Shown in pieces: positions 50,098 through 58,778 of a stretch of 64,000 bases of DNA (position 1 is the stretch's first letter; every line of letters begins with the position of its first letter). The position numbers were made by a program, and so were the translations under genes. The stretch comes from Acetobacteraceae bacterium (GTDB lineage Bacteria; Pseudomonadota; Alphaproteobacteria; Acetobacterales; Acetobacteraceae), in contig DATJLS010000060.1 in assembly GCA_035509315.1 (NCBI GenBank), forward strand, positions 15,118 to 79,117, given 5' to 3'. The notes below the pieces were generated by a model. It worked only from the letters and a program-made list of their open reading frames with translations. It searched no databases and was not told where the DNA came from.

Positions 50098-50880
50098 ATG
50101 CACGGGGGCTGGAAGAGCGCCACCGTCGAGCAGGACATCGCTCGCATCACAAAAGAAATCGATCAGCGTGGGTACGGCGCGATCGAGAATTATCTTTCCG
50201 ATGAGGAGCTTGCGTCACTTCGTGCGTTCGCGGAATTCCGGGTGCGCGCGGCGGGCGGAGAATATGTCGGGCTCGCGGGCGCGGATGCCGTACGTGGGAC
50301 TGTGCTGAGCGAGCTTCCGCGTTCGGCCGAGTTCAGGAGCCTCTGCCGGCGGATCTATGAGCTGGGGACGGGCAGACGCGCACCGCAGCCGGATTTCTAT
50401 CAGGTGCTGAGATGTCTCCACGGTTTGAGCGGACAGCGTCATTCCAACCGGTTCCACTACGATTCGTATATCCTGACCGCGCTTATTCCCATCGCGATTC
50501 CGGAAACGGGGATGTCGGGAGATCTCGTCCTTCTGCCCAATGCGAGGGCGATACGATCCTCGTATCTTGGGAACATGCTGGACAAGATCGCGATTGACAA
50601 CCCGTTTTCTCAAGCATTCCTCCGCGCGGCCGCGCGAAGAAACCGCTTTGGCATGGTGCGGATCAGGTTGCGGCCGGGAAGCATTTATTTCTTCTGGGGC
50701 TATCGGTCGATCCACGCCAACGAGGCCTGCGACCGCGACAGGTTGCGCGCAACGGCCCTCTTTCATTACGTGGACCCGCATCAGCAGAGCTGGGCGCGCG
50801 GGGTGATCAGGGCGGCAAAGGCACGCATGGGGCGCGGCCCGCTCGAGACGACAAAGGGCCAGGCTGCGCAGAACCTCTGA
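50098..50880 (+). CDS. Hypothetical protein, possibly Fe(II)/2-oxoglutarate-dependent oxygenase-like
   Basis: SD GGAGG 8 nt before ATG 50098. FHYDSY (HxD) and a later RSIHANE give an HxD...H pattern. The functional call is tentative. Confidence 0.5.
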   Translation: MHGGWKSATVEQDIARITKEIDQRGYGAIENYLSDEELASLRAFAEFRVRAAGGEYVGLAGADAVRGTVLSELPRSAEFRSLCRRIYELGTGRRAPQPDFYQVLRCLHGLSGQRHSNRFHYDSYILTALIPIAIPETGMSGDLVLLPNARAIRSSYLGNMLDKIAIDNPFSQAFLRAAARRNRFGMVRIRLRPGSIYFFWGYRSIHANEACDRDRLRATALFHYVDPHQQSWARGVIRAAKARMGRGPLETTKGQAAQNL

Positions 50881-50886
50881 GTGTCC

Positions 50887-51042
50887 TCACGGCGTTGGAG
50901 TTTCGTTTCCGTCGGCGCAGGGGGTCTTCTCATCCAGGAGAGGCTTGACGATGGCGCTCACTGCGCCCCACCAGAGCGCCACGGCCAGAGAGGGCCAGAC
51001 GATTCCGAGTACCGGGGCGGCAAGGAGATATTCACTCGGCAT
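50887..51042 (-). CDS. Candidate 51-aa single-pass membrane protein
   Basis: Hand-translated: MPSEYLLAAPVLGIVWPSLAVALWWGAVSAIVKPLLDEKTPCADGNETPTP. Weak SD. Below the track cut-off. Confidence 0.2.
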   Translation of the reverse strand: MPSEYLLAAPVLGIVWPSLAVALWWGAVSAIVKPLLDEKTPCADGNETPTP

Positions 51043-51101
51043 GGCCGATCTTGACTTTCATTCGGCGCCGTACACTCTACTCAATTGTTCAATTTGCGAC
51101 G

Positions 51102-51127
51102 GAATTCGAAAAAGAACGAATTTTTTC
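51102..51127 (+). terminator. Candidate Rho-independent terminator (weak AT-rich stem)
   Basis: gaattcg-aaaaagaa-cgaattt followed by tttt. Lies between convergent genes. Confidence 0.3.
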
Positions 51128-51158
51128 GTCCGCTGGTCGGCCGGCGCCGGCGCAGTGC

Positions 51159-51458
51159 TCATCCACCCACGAGCTGAAGGCATTTTCCCGCCGCGACCGC
51201 CGATTGGCGGGCGCTGCCGCGATTGATGGTGCCGGCCATGGCGAGCTTTCGGGTATTGGCTGTCACCAGCGAGCGCAGGTCGGCATTCGCCGTGAGCTGG
51301 GGAAGGGTCGCATCGAAGATCGCCTGCGCATCCTTCGGCAACTGCGCCGCGCAGGCATTGGCGGCCGCTTCATCGGCGCGCGCGCCACCCGCCCCGATGA
51401 CAATCGGCAGAGAGAGAACCATGGCAAGGGCTGCAGATGCCGTGAGCCGGACAATCAT
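51159..51458 (-). CDS. Small secreted hypothetical protein
   Basis: SD GGAGAGGAG before ATG 51456-51458. Signal peptide MIVRLTASAALAMVLSLPIVIGAGGARA. 99 aa with two Cys. Confidence 0.6.
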   Translation of the reverse strand: MIVRLTASAALAMVLSLPIVIGAGGARADEAAANACAAQLPKDAQAIFDATLPQLTANADLRSLVTANTRKLAMAGTINRGSARQSAVAAGKCLQLVGG

Positions 51459-51738
51459 CGATCTTGCTCCTCTCCGTATCGATCCAGTCTCGAGAGACTG
51501 GAACGCGAGACGATGCCTATGCGCCCGCCACCGGATGGCGCAAATTTCCCATATGGCGCCCCGCACGATGCCAAGGCAAATCACCCGGATTGCACCACCT
51601 CCGCAGGCTTTCTCATGCCGGCGTGGTGTGGCACCGTCAAGGCCGGGCGGCACCAGCGGGTGGATCGTGAATATCCTTTGGATCCTGTATTGATTTAGGC
51701 TTGCGGATTCAAATGCGACACTTGTCCGCAGGGCGTTC

Positions 51739-53430
51739 ATGAGGCGTAACATCCTTCACCTGCTGGCCGCTTCGATCCTCGCCTGGCTTGCCGTGCCCGG
51801 GCCTGCGAGAGCCGCCGATCGAGCGAAGGACCAGCCGTTCCTGCTCTCCATGCCGGATCTCTCGAGCCCGCGCGCAACGATCGCCGCGTTGCGCACCAAC
51901 ACCGAGAGCGCCTTCAAGGATCTCTTGGCGCACGGCCTGACCTGGAAGCAGCGCCCCGCCGTGCTCAGAATGATCGCGACATTCGACATCGGGAACTTGC
52001 CGTCACCGCGCCAGACCATGGCAGCCGTGACCTCTGCCGCCGAGCTGGCCTTCGTGCTCGAGAAACTTCCGCAGGGCAGATTGGCCAACGCGCCTGGCCT
52101 CGCCGAGGTCCGGCGAGACCATATCGCCCAGTGGCGCGTGCCAGGAACGCCGATCGTCCTCATGAAGATCCCGAGCGGGCCACGCGCCGGTGATTTCGTC
52201 TTCTCGAACGGAACGGAAGGGATGGCCGGCAGGCTTTACCAGGCCACGAAGCAGGAGATCGGCCATGGCGGCGAATATCTCACGCCTGTCGACGCATGGA
52301 GCTATTCTCCCGGACCGCTCATTCCCCGATCGCTGATCCGGGCGCTTCCGCCTCCCTTGTTGCAGCCGGTGCTGGGCCAGGCCGTCTGGCAGTGGATCGG
52401 GCTTGTCCTGCTCGCGCTCGTCTCGCTCGCCGTCATGGTCCGGATCGCGCTCTGGGGGATTCGTCATGACAATCGTGAAACCCGGGTGATCCGGCGCTAC
52501 GGCCAGATCCTCGCGCCCGTCGCGACCTGCGCGATCGGCGCCGTGATGCTCCTTCTCTCCTTCTACGGCCTGAAAATCTGGGGCGACACGCTGGAAACCC
52601 TGATCACGCTTGTGAACCTGGTATTCTACGTCAGCATCGCCTGGCTCGCGGTCGCGGCGATCCGCCGCGCCCAGGATGGGATGATCGCGTCCCTGGGCGT
52701 GCGCAGCACCAGCATCGACGGCCAGCTCATCAATGTCGTCGGAACTCTGATCAATATCGCCGTCGTCCTCTTCGCGATGTTCTTCATTGCCGATTTCATC
52801 GGCGTTCCCCTCGGTCCGCTGCTCGCCGGCCTCGGAATCGGCGGCCTCGCGGTCGCGCTCGCGGTGCGCCCCACCCTGGAGAACCTGATTGGCGGGCTGA
52901 CGCTGTTCGCCGACCGTCCCGTCCATGTCGGCGATTATTGCCAGATCGGCGAGGAGATGGGGGCGGTGGAGGAGATCGGCCTCAGAACGACCAAGATCCG
53001 TCGCGTCGATGACGTGCTGGTCACCATCCCGAATGCCGAGATGGCTCAGATCCGGATCATCAACGTCGCCCGCCGCCGCAAGTTCCTGTTCAATCCGATC
53101 CTCGGATTCCGCTACGAGACGACCGCACGGCAGCTCAAGGAGATCGAGGCCGGCATTCTCGGGATGCTCGCCCGCCATCCCCGGGTGATCGATGAGGGGG
53201 GTCGGGTGCGTCTTGTGGGATTCGGCGATTTTTCCGTCAATCTCGAGATCTTCGCCTATCTCGATGTGACACGGGTTGCCGATTTCGCGGAGGTGCGCGA
53301 GGAGCTCAACTTCCTGATCCTGGAGATCGTGAAGGCGGCCGGCGTTTCCTTTGCGTTCCCGTCACAAACAAACTATCTCGCGCGTGACACACTTCCGGAC
53401 GGACCGGGCATGGCAGAAGGCAAGGGCTAG
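51739..53430 (+). CDS. Mechanosensitive ion channel (MscS family) with large N-terminal periplasmic domain
   Basis: Signal peptide and TM helices, then LENLIGGLTLFADRPVHVGDYCQIG...GAVEEIGLRTTKIRRVDDVLVTIPN, the MscS beta-domain signature. Confidence 0.85.
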   Translation: MRRNILHLLAASILAWLAVPGPARAADRAKDQPFLLSMPDLSSPRATIAALRTNTESAFKDLLAHGLTWKQRPAVLRMIATFDIGNLPSPRQTMAAVTSAAELAFVLEKLPQGRLANAPGLAEVRRDHIAQWRVPGTPIVLMKIPSGPRAGDFVFSNGTEGMAGRLYQATKQEIGHGGEYLTPVDAWSYSPGPLIPRSLIRALPPPLLQPVLGQAVWQWIGLVLLALVSLAVMVRIALWGIRHDNRETRVIRRYGQILAPVATCAIGAVMLLLSFYGLKIWGDTLETLITLVNLVFYVSIAWLAVAAIRRAQDGMIASLGVRSTSIDGQLINVVGTLINIAVVLFAMFFIADFIGVPLGPLLAGLGIGGLAVALAVRPTLENLIGGLTLFADRPVHVGDYCQIGEEMGAVEEIGLRTTKIRRVDDVLVTIPNAEMAQIRIINVARRRKFLFNPILGFRYETTARQLKEIEAGILGMLARHPRVIDEGGRVRLVGFGDFSVNLEIFAYLDVTRVADFAEVREELNFLILEIVKAAGVSFAFPSQTNYLARDTLPDGPGMAEGKG

Positions 53431-53525
53431 ATCAATATGGCTTCTGGGGAATCGGGGTGCCCCGAACATGTTCGCGGGAACCCCGGCGCGGAGCGGTCCG
53501 CAAAGCCCCGGGGGGAAGCCCAAAG
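53430..53525. repeat. Repeat family 3, partial copy (left end only)
   Basis: gatcaatatggcttctgg...cccgaacatgttcgcggg...ggggaag parallels 8604-8690. The right inverted end is missing. Starts on the last base of the MscS stop codon. Confidence 0.6.
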
Positions 53526-53570
53526 GGAAGCGCCGCGGTGGCGCCGTCCCGCCACCTTGCGGAGGTTCCC

Positions 53571-54131
53571 ATGCGTCTGCCGCTCATTCCGCCCGCCGCG
53601 CTCACCGAAGAGCAGCGCCCCTTGTACGAAGACATGCGCAAGGGCATCGAGCAGAATTTCCGAGGCTTCAAGGCGATCGCGCCGGACGGCGCGCTGATCG
53701 GCCCATGGAACCCCTGGCTGCGCTGGCCGAAGCTCGGCGGCCCGGTCTGGGAGCTGGTAAAGGCGCTCTCCTTCTCGCCCACATTGCCGCGCGCCGTGCG
53801 CGAGGTGGCGATCCTGGTGACAGGGACGAAATTCCATGCGGCCTACGAGCTTTACGCGCATGTCCTTGCCGCCGAGCTGCGTGGCCTGCCGGACGATACG
53901 ATCGCGACCATCGTCGCGGGACAGCGGCCGAGCGATCTGACGCGCGAGCAGGCGATCGCCTATGATATCGCGTCTGCCCTGGTGGACGGCGGCGGCCTGA
54001 CCGAGCTGAGCTGGCGCCAGGCGGTGGCGACTTTCGGCGAGGCAAGCGCGGCCGAGCTGATCTATCTGGTCGGACTCTATTGCCTCGTCTCCGTGACCTT
54101 GAACGGATTTGACGTGCCGGTTCCGGAATAG
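53571..54131 (+). CDS. Carboxymuconolactone decarboxylase (AhpD-like) family protein
   Basis: SD GGAGG before ATG 53571. VAILVTGTKFHAAYELYAH pattern parallel to the paralogue at 24934. Confidence 0.7.
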   Translation: MRLPLIPPAALTEEQRPLYEDMRKGIEQNFRGFKAIAPDGALIGPWNPWLRWPKLGGPVWELVKALSFSPTLPRAVREVAILVTGTKFHAAYELYAHVLAAELRGLPDDTIATIVAGQRPSDLTREQAIAYDIASALVDGGGLTELSWRQAVATFGEASAAELIYLVGLYCLVSVTLNGFDVPVPE

Positions 54132-54171
54132 CAGGGAGGCGTCCCGGCCAACCCCACCGGCCCGGATGCCC

Positions 54172-54230
54172 CGTCACGCGCGCGATTCACGCCCTCGGTG
54201 ATTTCATCTTCGGCCATGGCGGAAATCGCG
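54172..54230 (-). repeat. Repeat family 2, partial copy F
   Basis: Reverse complement reads ggccgaagatgaaatcaccgagggcgtgaatcgcgcgcgtgacg, matching the first hairpin of the family. Confidence 0.55.
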
Positions 54231-54292
54231 ACCGGACGCGCCGCAGTGCTGCCTGGATCGTACAGGCATCGGCGAAGAGAGGCTTCATTTTG

Positions 54293-54985
54293 TCATTTTG
54301 AATGCGTTCCGAGCGGAACGGGGGACTGGCCGTTCAGGTAGGTGCTCAGACGTTCCTGCAGCATCTGCCTTGCCAGCTGGATTCGCTTGCGCGCGTTCGC
54401 CTGGGTGATCTGCAACGATTGGGCAATCTGCGCGTAGGACTCATCATTTCTGAGCCGCATGATCGCCGGATGGCGCAGCGCCGGCGGAAGTTCCGCAAGC
54501 GCGCGCTCGATCATCTGACCAAGCTCGGCATTGAGCATCAGATCCTCGCCGGACGGCTGGGTCTGCGCGCGCGCTTCACCGCTTCCCTGCTCGTGGTCCT
54601 CGGAACTGTGGAGGGGATGCTCCCGAGAATGGCTGCGGTGACGATCCATGCAGCGATTGTGCAGGATGCGCGTCAACCAGGCGCGTTCGTTGACCAGATC
54701 GATCTTTGCAAAAGCAAGTTTGACACTGGCCTTGTAGATAACGTCGGCCACGGCGTCTTCGGCTTCCGCGATATTTCCTCGCAGCCATCTTAGGCTCAAA
54801 GCGTTCAGATAATCGCGATGTGTGTTCCAAATATGAGTCGCGATGATATGAATGCGACTGAGTCGTTCGTGCTCAAAGAGCAGGGCATTGTCTTCTTTGT
54901 TGGATCGTTCGGCGGGAACAAGCGATTCGGCCAAAGGCCGGAATTCTGCGTCGGGCATTGGCCGGCGCATGGCGGACGCGCTCAA
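54293..54985 (-). CDS. ECF-type RNA polymerase sigma-70 family factor
   Basis: Region 2 (AEDAVADVIYKA...ERAWLTRILHNRCMDRHR) and region 4 HTH (SYAQIAQSLQITQANARKRIQLARQML). Track start is TTG 54985; ATG 54970 is possible. Confidence 0.8.
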   Translation of the reverse strand: MSASAMRRPMPDAEFRPLAESLVPAERSNKEDNALLFEHERLSRIHIIATHIWNTHRDYLNALSLRWLRGNIAEAEDAVADVIYKASVKLAFAKIDLVNERAWLTRILHNRCMDRHRSHSREHPLHSSEDHEQGSGEARAQTQPSGEDLMLNAELGQMIERALAELPPALRHPAIMRLRNDESYAQIAQSLQITQANARKRIQLARQMLQERLSTYLNGQSPVPLGTHSK

Positions 54986-55308
54986 GAGGGTTTCCTTCCC
55001 GCTGTCCCAATCGCCGGCGACCGCCCGCCGCAGGAGCGCGCCATCCCGACGCTAAGAGACGGCGGCGCAGATCAATTGTGATGATGCAGAGAACGGCATC
55101 GCACGATATCGGGTGCGGCTCTCACCGAAGATGCGAGCATCCATCGAGAGTATTGTGCGTGTAATTCCCTCAGGACCTCTCAATACGATCAATCAAGGTG
55201 AGTCTTCGATATGAGAGAATCCGCAACGAAATAGTTATTTACTTGAAAATTTCGTATGTCTATTCTCCTTTCACGATAGATTTCTTCTTGCTGAAGGAGC
55301 TGAACGCG

Positions 55309-55620
55309 ATGGGTGCGAACGACAACGGAGATCAAATATCAAATCCGCCCGCAAACTCACGGGTTCGTGACCGGTTTGGTTCCGCTTTGGATGATCTGTC
55401 GCTCAGCGGCGCATCAACGAGCGTCGCGATCGGCATGCTCTATGTGGATGCGGCGCACTCGCTTTCGTTGGCGATGCAGAATGCAGTTGTCGAGCAGCAG
55501 AATGGATGGGCGATCCATCGCTCCGTCATGTTCAAGGCGGTGGAGCAGTTCTTGAAGAACGATGCTGGCGAGCGCGCGATCGACATACTGCTTGGCGCGC
55601 TTGCCAAACCGCAGTCCTGA
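55309..55620 (+). CDS. Divergent RebB-family (R-body) protein, paralogue 1
   Basis: Perfect SD AAGGAG 8 nt before the ATG. Core AIGMLYVDAAHSLSLAMQNAVVEQQ matches the Reb core shared by the seven downstream paralogues. AT-rich leader. Confidence 0.6.
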   Translation: MGANDNGDQISNPPANSRVRDRFGSALDDLSLSGASTSVAIGMLYVDAAHSLSLAMQNAVVEQQNGWAIHRSVMFKAVEQFLKNDAGERAIDILLGALAKPQS

Positions 55621-55903
55621 GAAGCGGTTTGGGACTCTGCCGCGGTGACGAGATCATCATGGTTTCTGCTGGAATCGCCTTGCGTTCCGCCAGGGCTCAA
55701 AGGAAATTAAGGGGAAAGCCCAAGGGAAGGGCGGGATATCGATCAGGACGACAGGGCAAGGGCGTGACGAGCTGGGGGCGCCACGCTCGAGGAAACAGAG
55801 CTGGCACGGTGTGGCGCAGGCTGCGGAGATCGGGTGCCCAGAGCGGCGTTCAGAAGGAAATTGCCCTGGTCGCTCCATCGCCGTCTTGCCAATGGGTCTC
55901 TGA

Positions 55904-55994
55904 GAGACTGTTTGAGAATGCGCCGCGATGAGTGGGAGGCGCCGCAGGCGCCGGCCGGCGCGGCTTTCGAGAACCGGAGCAGAGTGGCCTTTGG
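55904..55994. mobile_element. MITE family 1, copy d, right half missing
   Basis: TGA plus left TIR gagactgtttgagaatgcg and interior ggctttcgagaaccggagc. Breaks off at about 55994, 13 nt before family-2 copy E. Confidence 0.7.
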
Positions 55995-56007
55995 AACGCA
56001 CATCCCC

Positions 56008-56114
56008 AGAGCGGGATGAGATCGCCTGCGCTCATCCATCCCGCCCCCGGTCTTTGTTTTCCCGCGTGATTCAGGCCAACGGTTGCGTCCACCTTCGGCC
56101 GTCACGCTCTAGAG
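56008..56114 (-). repeat. Repeat family 2, copy E
   Basis: Reverse complement: ctctagagcgtgacggccgaaggtgg...cctgaatcacgcgggaaaacaaag...gcgggatggatgagcgcaggcgatctcatcccgctct. Its end supplies part of the SD of the next gene. Confidence 0.75.
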
Positions 56115-56118
56115 GAGA

Positions 56119-56667
56119 ATGGGAATCATGCCTTCGCCGGAAATCGTTCAGGCGGTCTCGGACAACAATCTCAAGACGATTGGCGAGGCGCCGGCTTCCG
56201 CCATGGCGCTTGTCATGCAGTTCGCGGCGCAATCCTCGGCTCTCGCGATGGAGAATGCCGTGGTCGCCAACAACATGATCAACAAGATGGCCGTCACGAG
56301 CAACGACGCGATGATGCAGCAGGTCGCGGCCAACGCGAATGCCCTCTCGGCGCTGACGACCGCGCTCGGGCAGAACTCGAGCGTGCTCGCGCACACGATC
56401 TCGTCCGGCCAGTCCGCGGTGAGCGGCGCTGTCGGGATGGGGCAGGCCGCGGTCACGGGCGCGACGTCCGCCGGCCAGAGCGCGGTGGCGGGCGCGGTGG
56501 GGAGCGGCTTGACGGCGGTGAGCGGAGCGGCGGGCAGCGGGCAGGCAGCCGTCACGGGACTTGGCACGAGCGGGCAGGCGGCGGCGACGGCGGTCGGCAC
56601 GGTCGGGCTCACGGCCGATGTCACCGCCGTGATTGCCCAGATCATCGCGCAGATCGCCAAGGGGTGA
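56119..56667 (+). CDS. RebB-family protein, paralogue 2, with C-terminal 11-residue tandem repeats
   Basis: EIVQAVSDNNLKTIGEAPASAMALVMQFAAQSSALAMENAV Reb core, then six SGQ[SA]AV[ST]GA.G-like units. Start may be ATG 56128. Confidence 0.7.
   Translation: MGIMPSPEIVQAVSDNNLKTIGEAPASAMALVMQFAAQSSALAMENAVVANNMINKMAVTSNDAMMQQVAANANALSALTTALGQNSSVLAHTISSGQSAVSGAVGMGQAAVTGATSAGQSAVAGAVGSGLTAVSGAAGSGQAAVTGLGTSGQAAATAVGTVGLTADVTAVIAQIIAQIAKG
56404..56634 (+). repeat. In-frame 33-bp tandem repeat array (6 good units plus 1 degenerate)
   Basis: Units start at 56404, 56437, 56470, 56503, 56536 and 56569, with a degenerate unit at 56602. They encode SGQSAVSGAVG / MGQAAVTGATS / AGQSAVAGAVG / SGLTAVSGAAG / SGQAAVTGLGT / SGQAAATAVGT. 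Confidence 0.85.
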
Positions 56668-56957
56668 AAGACAAGTCTCTTCAATTTCGCATTTGGCGCC
56701 ATTGTTCGGCGCCCGTCGTATCCATTGGACGTCGCATCCATTGGAATGAGTAGGATGGTGTAAGCCGAGACCGGCAAGGGCGGTCCTCGAGGTCAGCCCT
56801 TCAAACCGTGATGCCGTGCTTCCCTGGGCCGTCGCTCCGACGTTCCGGCACCTCCGAGAATCGCGCCGTCGGCCATTCACAAACGCGAAGGGTTCTCCGT
56901 CCTGTTGGTGCAAGCGGTGGAAAGCCGCTTGACGGAACCAAGGCGATGGAACCCTCC

Positions 56958-57287
56958 ATGGCATATCCAACCCGGGTCAAAGGTCAGATTACCGACGCGG
57001 TATCGCAGACTGGCGCGACGCTGCTCGGGAATTCGGCCGCCCATGCCATGGCGGCGGTCTACCAGGTGATGGCGCATTCCGTCGGCTTGTCGATGCAGAA
57101 TGCGGTCGCCAACCAGCAGCGGATGAATACCCTCAGCAATGGCGTCACCGCGCGCAGCGTCGATCTTCTCTATGCCCAACCGACAGCGGTCGATGCACGT
57201 GCCGTCCAGACCGTCGCGGCCAGCAACCAACTTGCGAAGCTGATCGCAGAGCTGAAGGCGCTGCGGGAAGCCATGACCAAAGCGTGA
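56958..57287 (+). CDS. RebB-family protein, paralogue 3
   Basis: MAYPTRVKGQITDAVSQTGATLLGNSAAHAMAAVYQVMAHSVGLSMQNAVANQQ. Start chosen by alignment with the paralogues. The TGA stop lies inside family-2 copy C. Confidence 0.75.
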   Translation: MAYPTRVKGQITDAVSQTGATLLGNSAAHAMAAVYQVMAHSVGLSMQNAVANQQRMNTLSNGVTARSVDLLYAQPTAVDARAVQTVAASNQLAKLIAELKALREAMTKA

Positions 57288-57380
57288 CCGCCGAAGGTAG
57301 GAAAACCGGAGGCGTGAATCACTCGGAAAAACAAATGGTAGAGAGCGGGATACGTGAGCGCAGGCGAACGCATCCCGCTC
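57282..57380 (+). repeat. Repeat family 2, copy C
   Basis: gcgtgaccgccgaaggtaggaaaaccggaggcgtgaatcactcggaaaaacaaatggtagagagcgggatacgtgagcgcaggcgaacgcatcccgctc; two hairpins. Confidence 0.8.
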
Positions 57381-57464
57381 CAAGAGCTAGCGCCTTCGGA
57401 GAGAAGCCGTTCCACAGGAACGCGAAGCCTGCACGCCAAAATATCCTACGAGAGGAGAAAACCA

Positions 57465-57818
57465 ATGGCTGATCCCACCCTTGTCAATGGCCAGATCACC
57501 GACAGCGTCACCCAGGCCAATGTGAAAGTGCTGGCCGACGCCCCGGCCCAGGCGCTTGCGACCGTGTATCAGGTCTCCGGAAGCACTGCCGGCCTCTCGA
57601 TGCAGAACGCGGTGGCGAATCAGCAGAGCAAGTCGCTGCTCGGCACCGCCACCACGACCCAGGCCGTCAATCTGCTCTATAGCATGCCGGTGGCGGCGGA
57701 TGCCCGCGGCACCAATGAAATCTTCTCGGGCAACGCATTGGCCGAGGCATTGGCGCAATTGAAGACGGTGTTGCGCGCGTTCCCGACTCCGGCGCCGCGC
57801 ATCACCGGCGCGGGCTAG
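57465..57818 (+). CDS. RebB-family protein, paralogue 4
   Basis: SD GAGGAGA. MADPTLVNGQITDSVTQANVKVLADAPAQALATVYQ...GLSMQNAVANQQ...NLLYSMPVAADARGTNEIFSGNALAE. Confidence 0.8.
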   Translation: MADPTLVNGQITDSVTQANVKVLADAPAQALATVYQVSGSTAGLSMQNAVANQQSKSLLGTATTTQAVNLLYSMPVAADARGTNEIFSGNALAEALAQLKTVLRAFPTPAPRITGAG

Positions 57819-57833
57819 CCGGCCAGAGGCAGC

Positions 57834-57856
57834 GAGCCGGCCGCGATGGCCGGCTC
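57834..57856 (+). other. GC-rich intergenic hairpin (9-bp stem)
   Basis: gagccggcc-gcgat-ggccggctc, 16 nt after the paralogue-4 stop. No U-tract. Confidence 0.5.
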
Positions 57857-57890
57857 CTTCCCCCGTTCATGATCTGAGTCCGGGAAAGCC

Positions 57891-58697
57891 ATGTCGCACG
57901 CGAGACTCGCAAATGGCCAGATTGCCGATGCCGTCGCCGAGACGGGGGTCTCGGTGCTGGGCGACGCTGCGTCACTGGGCATGGCGAGCCAGTATCTGGC
58001 CGGAGCCCATGCTTCCGGCCTCTCGATCCAGAACGCAACGGCGCAGCAACGCCAGGGAAATACGCTGGGAAGGGCCACCACGGCGCAGGCGGCCGTGCGG
58101 CTTCTCACACTTGGCCCGGCGCAGGCTGCGAGAGCCTCGAAAGAGACTCTCGGCCGCCACTCGCTTTTGACTGAGATCGCCGCTCTCATGGCGATCGCGC
58201 GCCGCTTCCAGCGCGCGGAATCCCGGCCGGGCGCAGGGCAGGCGAGAATAGCGAGCCCGATGTCCTTGCCGGGCCGCGCTGCTCAGGAGCCGCAGGGGGC
58301 CGCTCCGGGCCTGGGAACGCTCGCCGCAGCGACCGAGGGCTTGGCGAAGGAAGCAGGAACATTGGCAGGCCATTGGCAGGAGGGCCGCATCATGGGCGAG
58401 AATATGTCCTCTGGTGGTGGGAACGAGGCGATCGACCGGTTCCGGGCCGCGCTCGATCAGCTTGGCGCCGCGCTCGAGGAAGTGGCAGGCCAGTTCAGGG
58501 ATTCCGCGGATTCCGATCTCCGCCGGCGCCTGCTGGCTGCCATACAGGATCTCAGAAGCGCGGCCGGCCAGTTTCGGCCTGCCGCCCCATCCGGCACGCT
58601 TCCGGCCGGTGCGACGCACCCAGGCGTAGTCATTGTTGGATCCGGCAATGTGTCGGCAACGCTTCCGACACGAAGAATCGTCGGAGCCAGCTGGTGA
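57891..58697 (+). CDS. RebB-like N-terminal domain fused to a ~180-aa C-terminal extension, paralogue 5
   Basis: MSHARLANGQIADAVAETGVSVLGDAASLGMASQYLAGAHASGLSIQNATAQQ, then an unrelated Ala/Gly/Arg-rich helical tail (IDRFRAALDQLGAALEEVAGQFRDS...). Confidence 0.65.
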   Translation: MSHARLANGQIADAVAETGVSVLGDAASLGMASQYLAGAHASGLSIQNATAQQRQGNTLGRATTAQAAVRLLTLGPAQAARASKETLGRHSLLTEIAALMAIARRFQRAESRPGAGQARIASPMSLPGRAAQEPQGAAPGLGTLAAATEGLAKEAGTLAGHWQEGRIMGENMSSGGGNEAIDRFRAALDQLGAALEEVAGQFRDSADSDLRRRLLAAIQDLRSAAGQFRPAAPSGTLPAGATHPGVVIVGSGNVSATLPTRRIVGASW

Positions 58698-58778
58698 GAC
58701 CGGCCGATGCGCAGAAGCCATCGGGTCGGGAGACGTCTCGCAACAGCCGCGACCGAGAAGAGCCGGCTGCGCGGACGG

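Noticed and set aside
55239-55266. Sigma-70-like promoter TTACTT-N16-TATTCT upstream of reb paralogue 1
   Set aside because: The match to consensus is weak (about 3/6 and 4/6), and an ECF-type promoter would be expected here. It is mentioned in a finding but not annotated as a feature.
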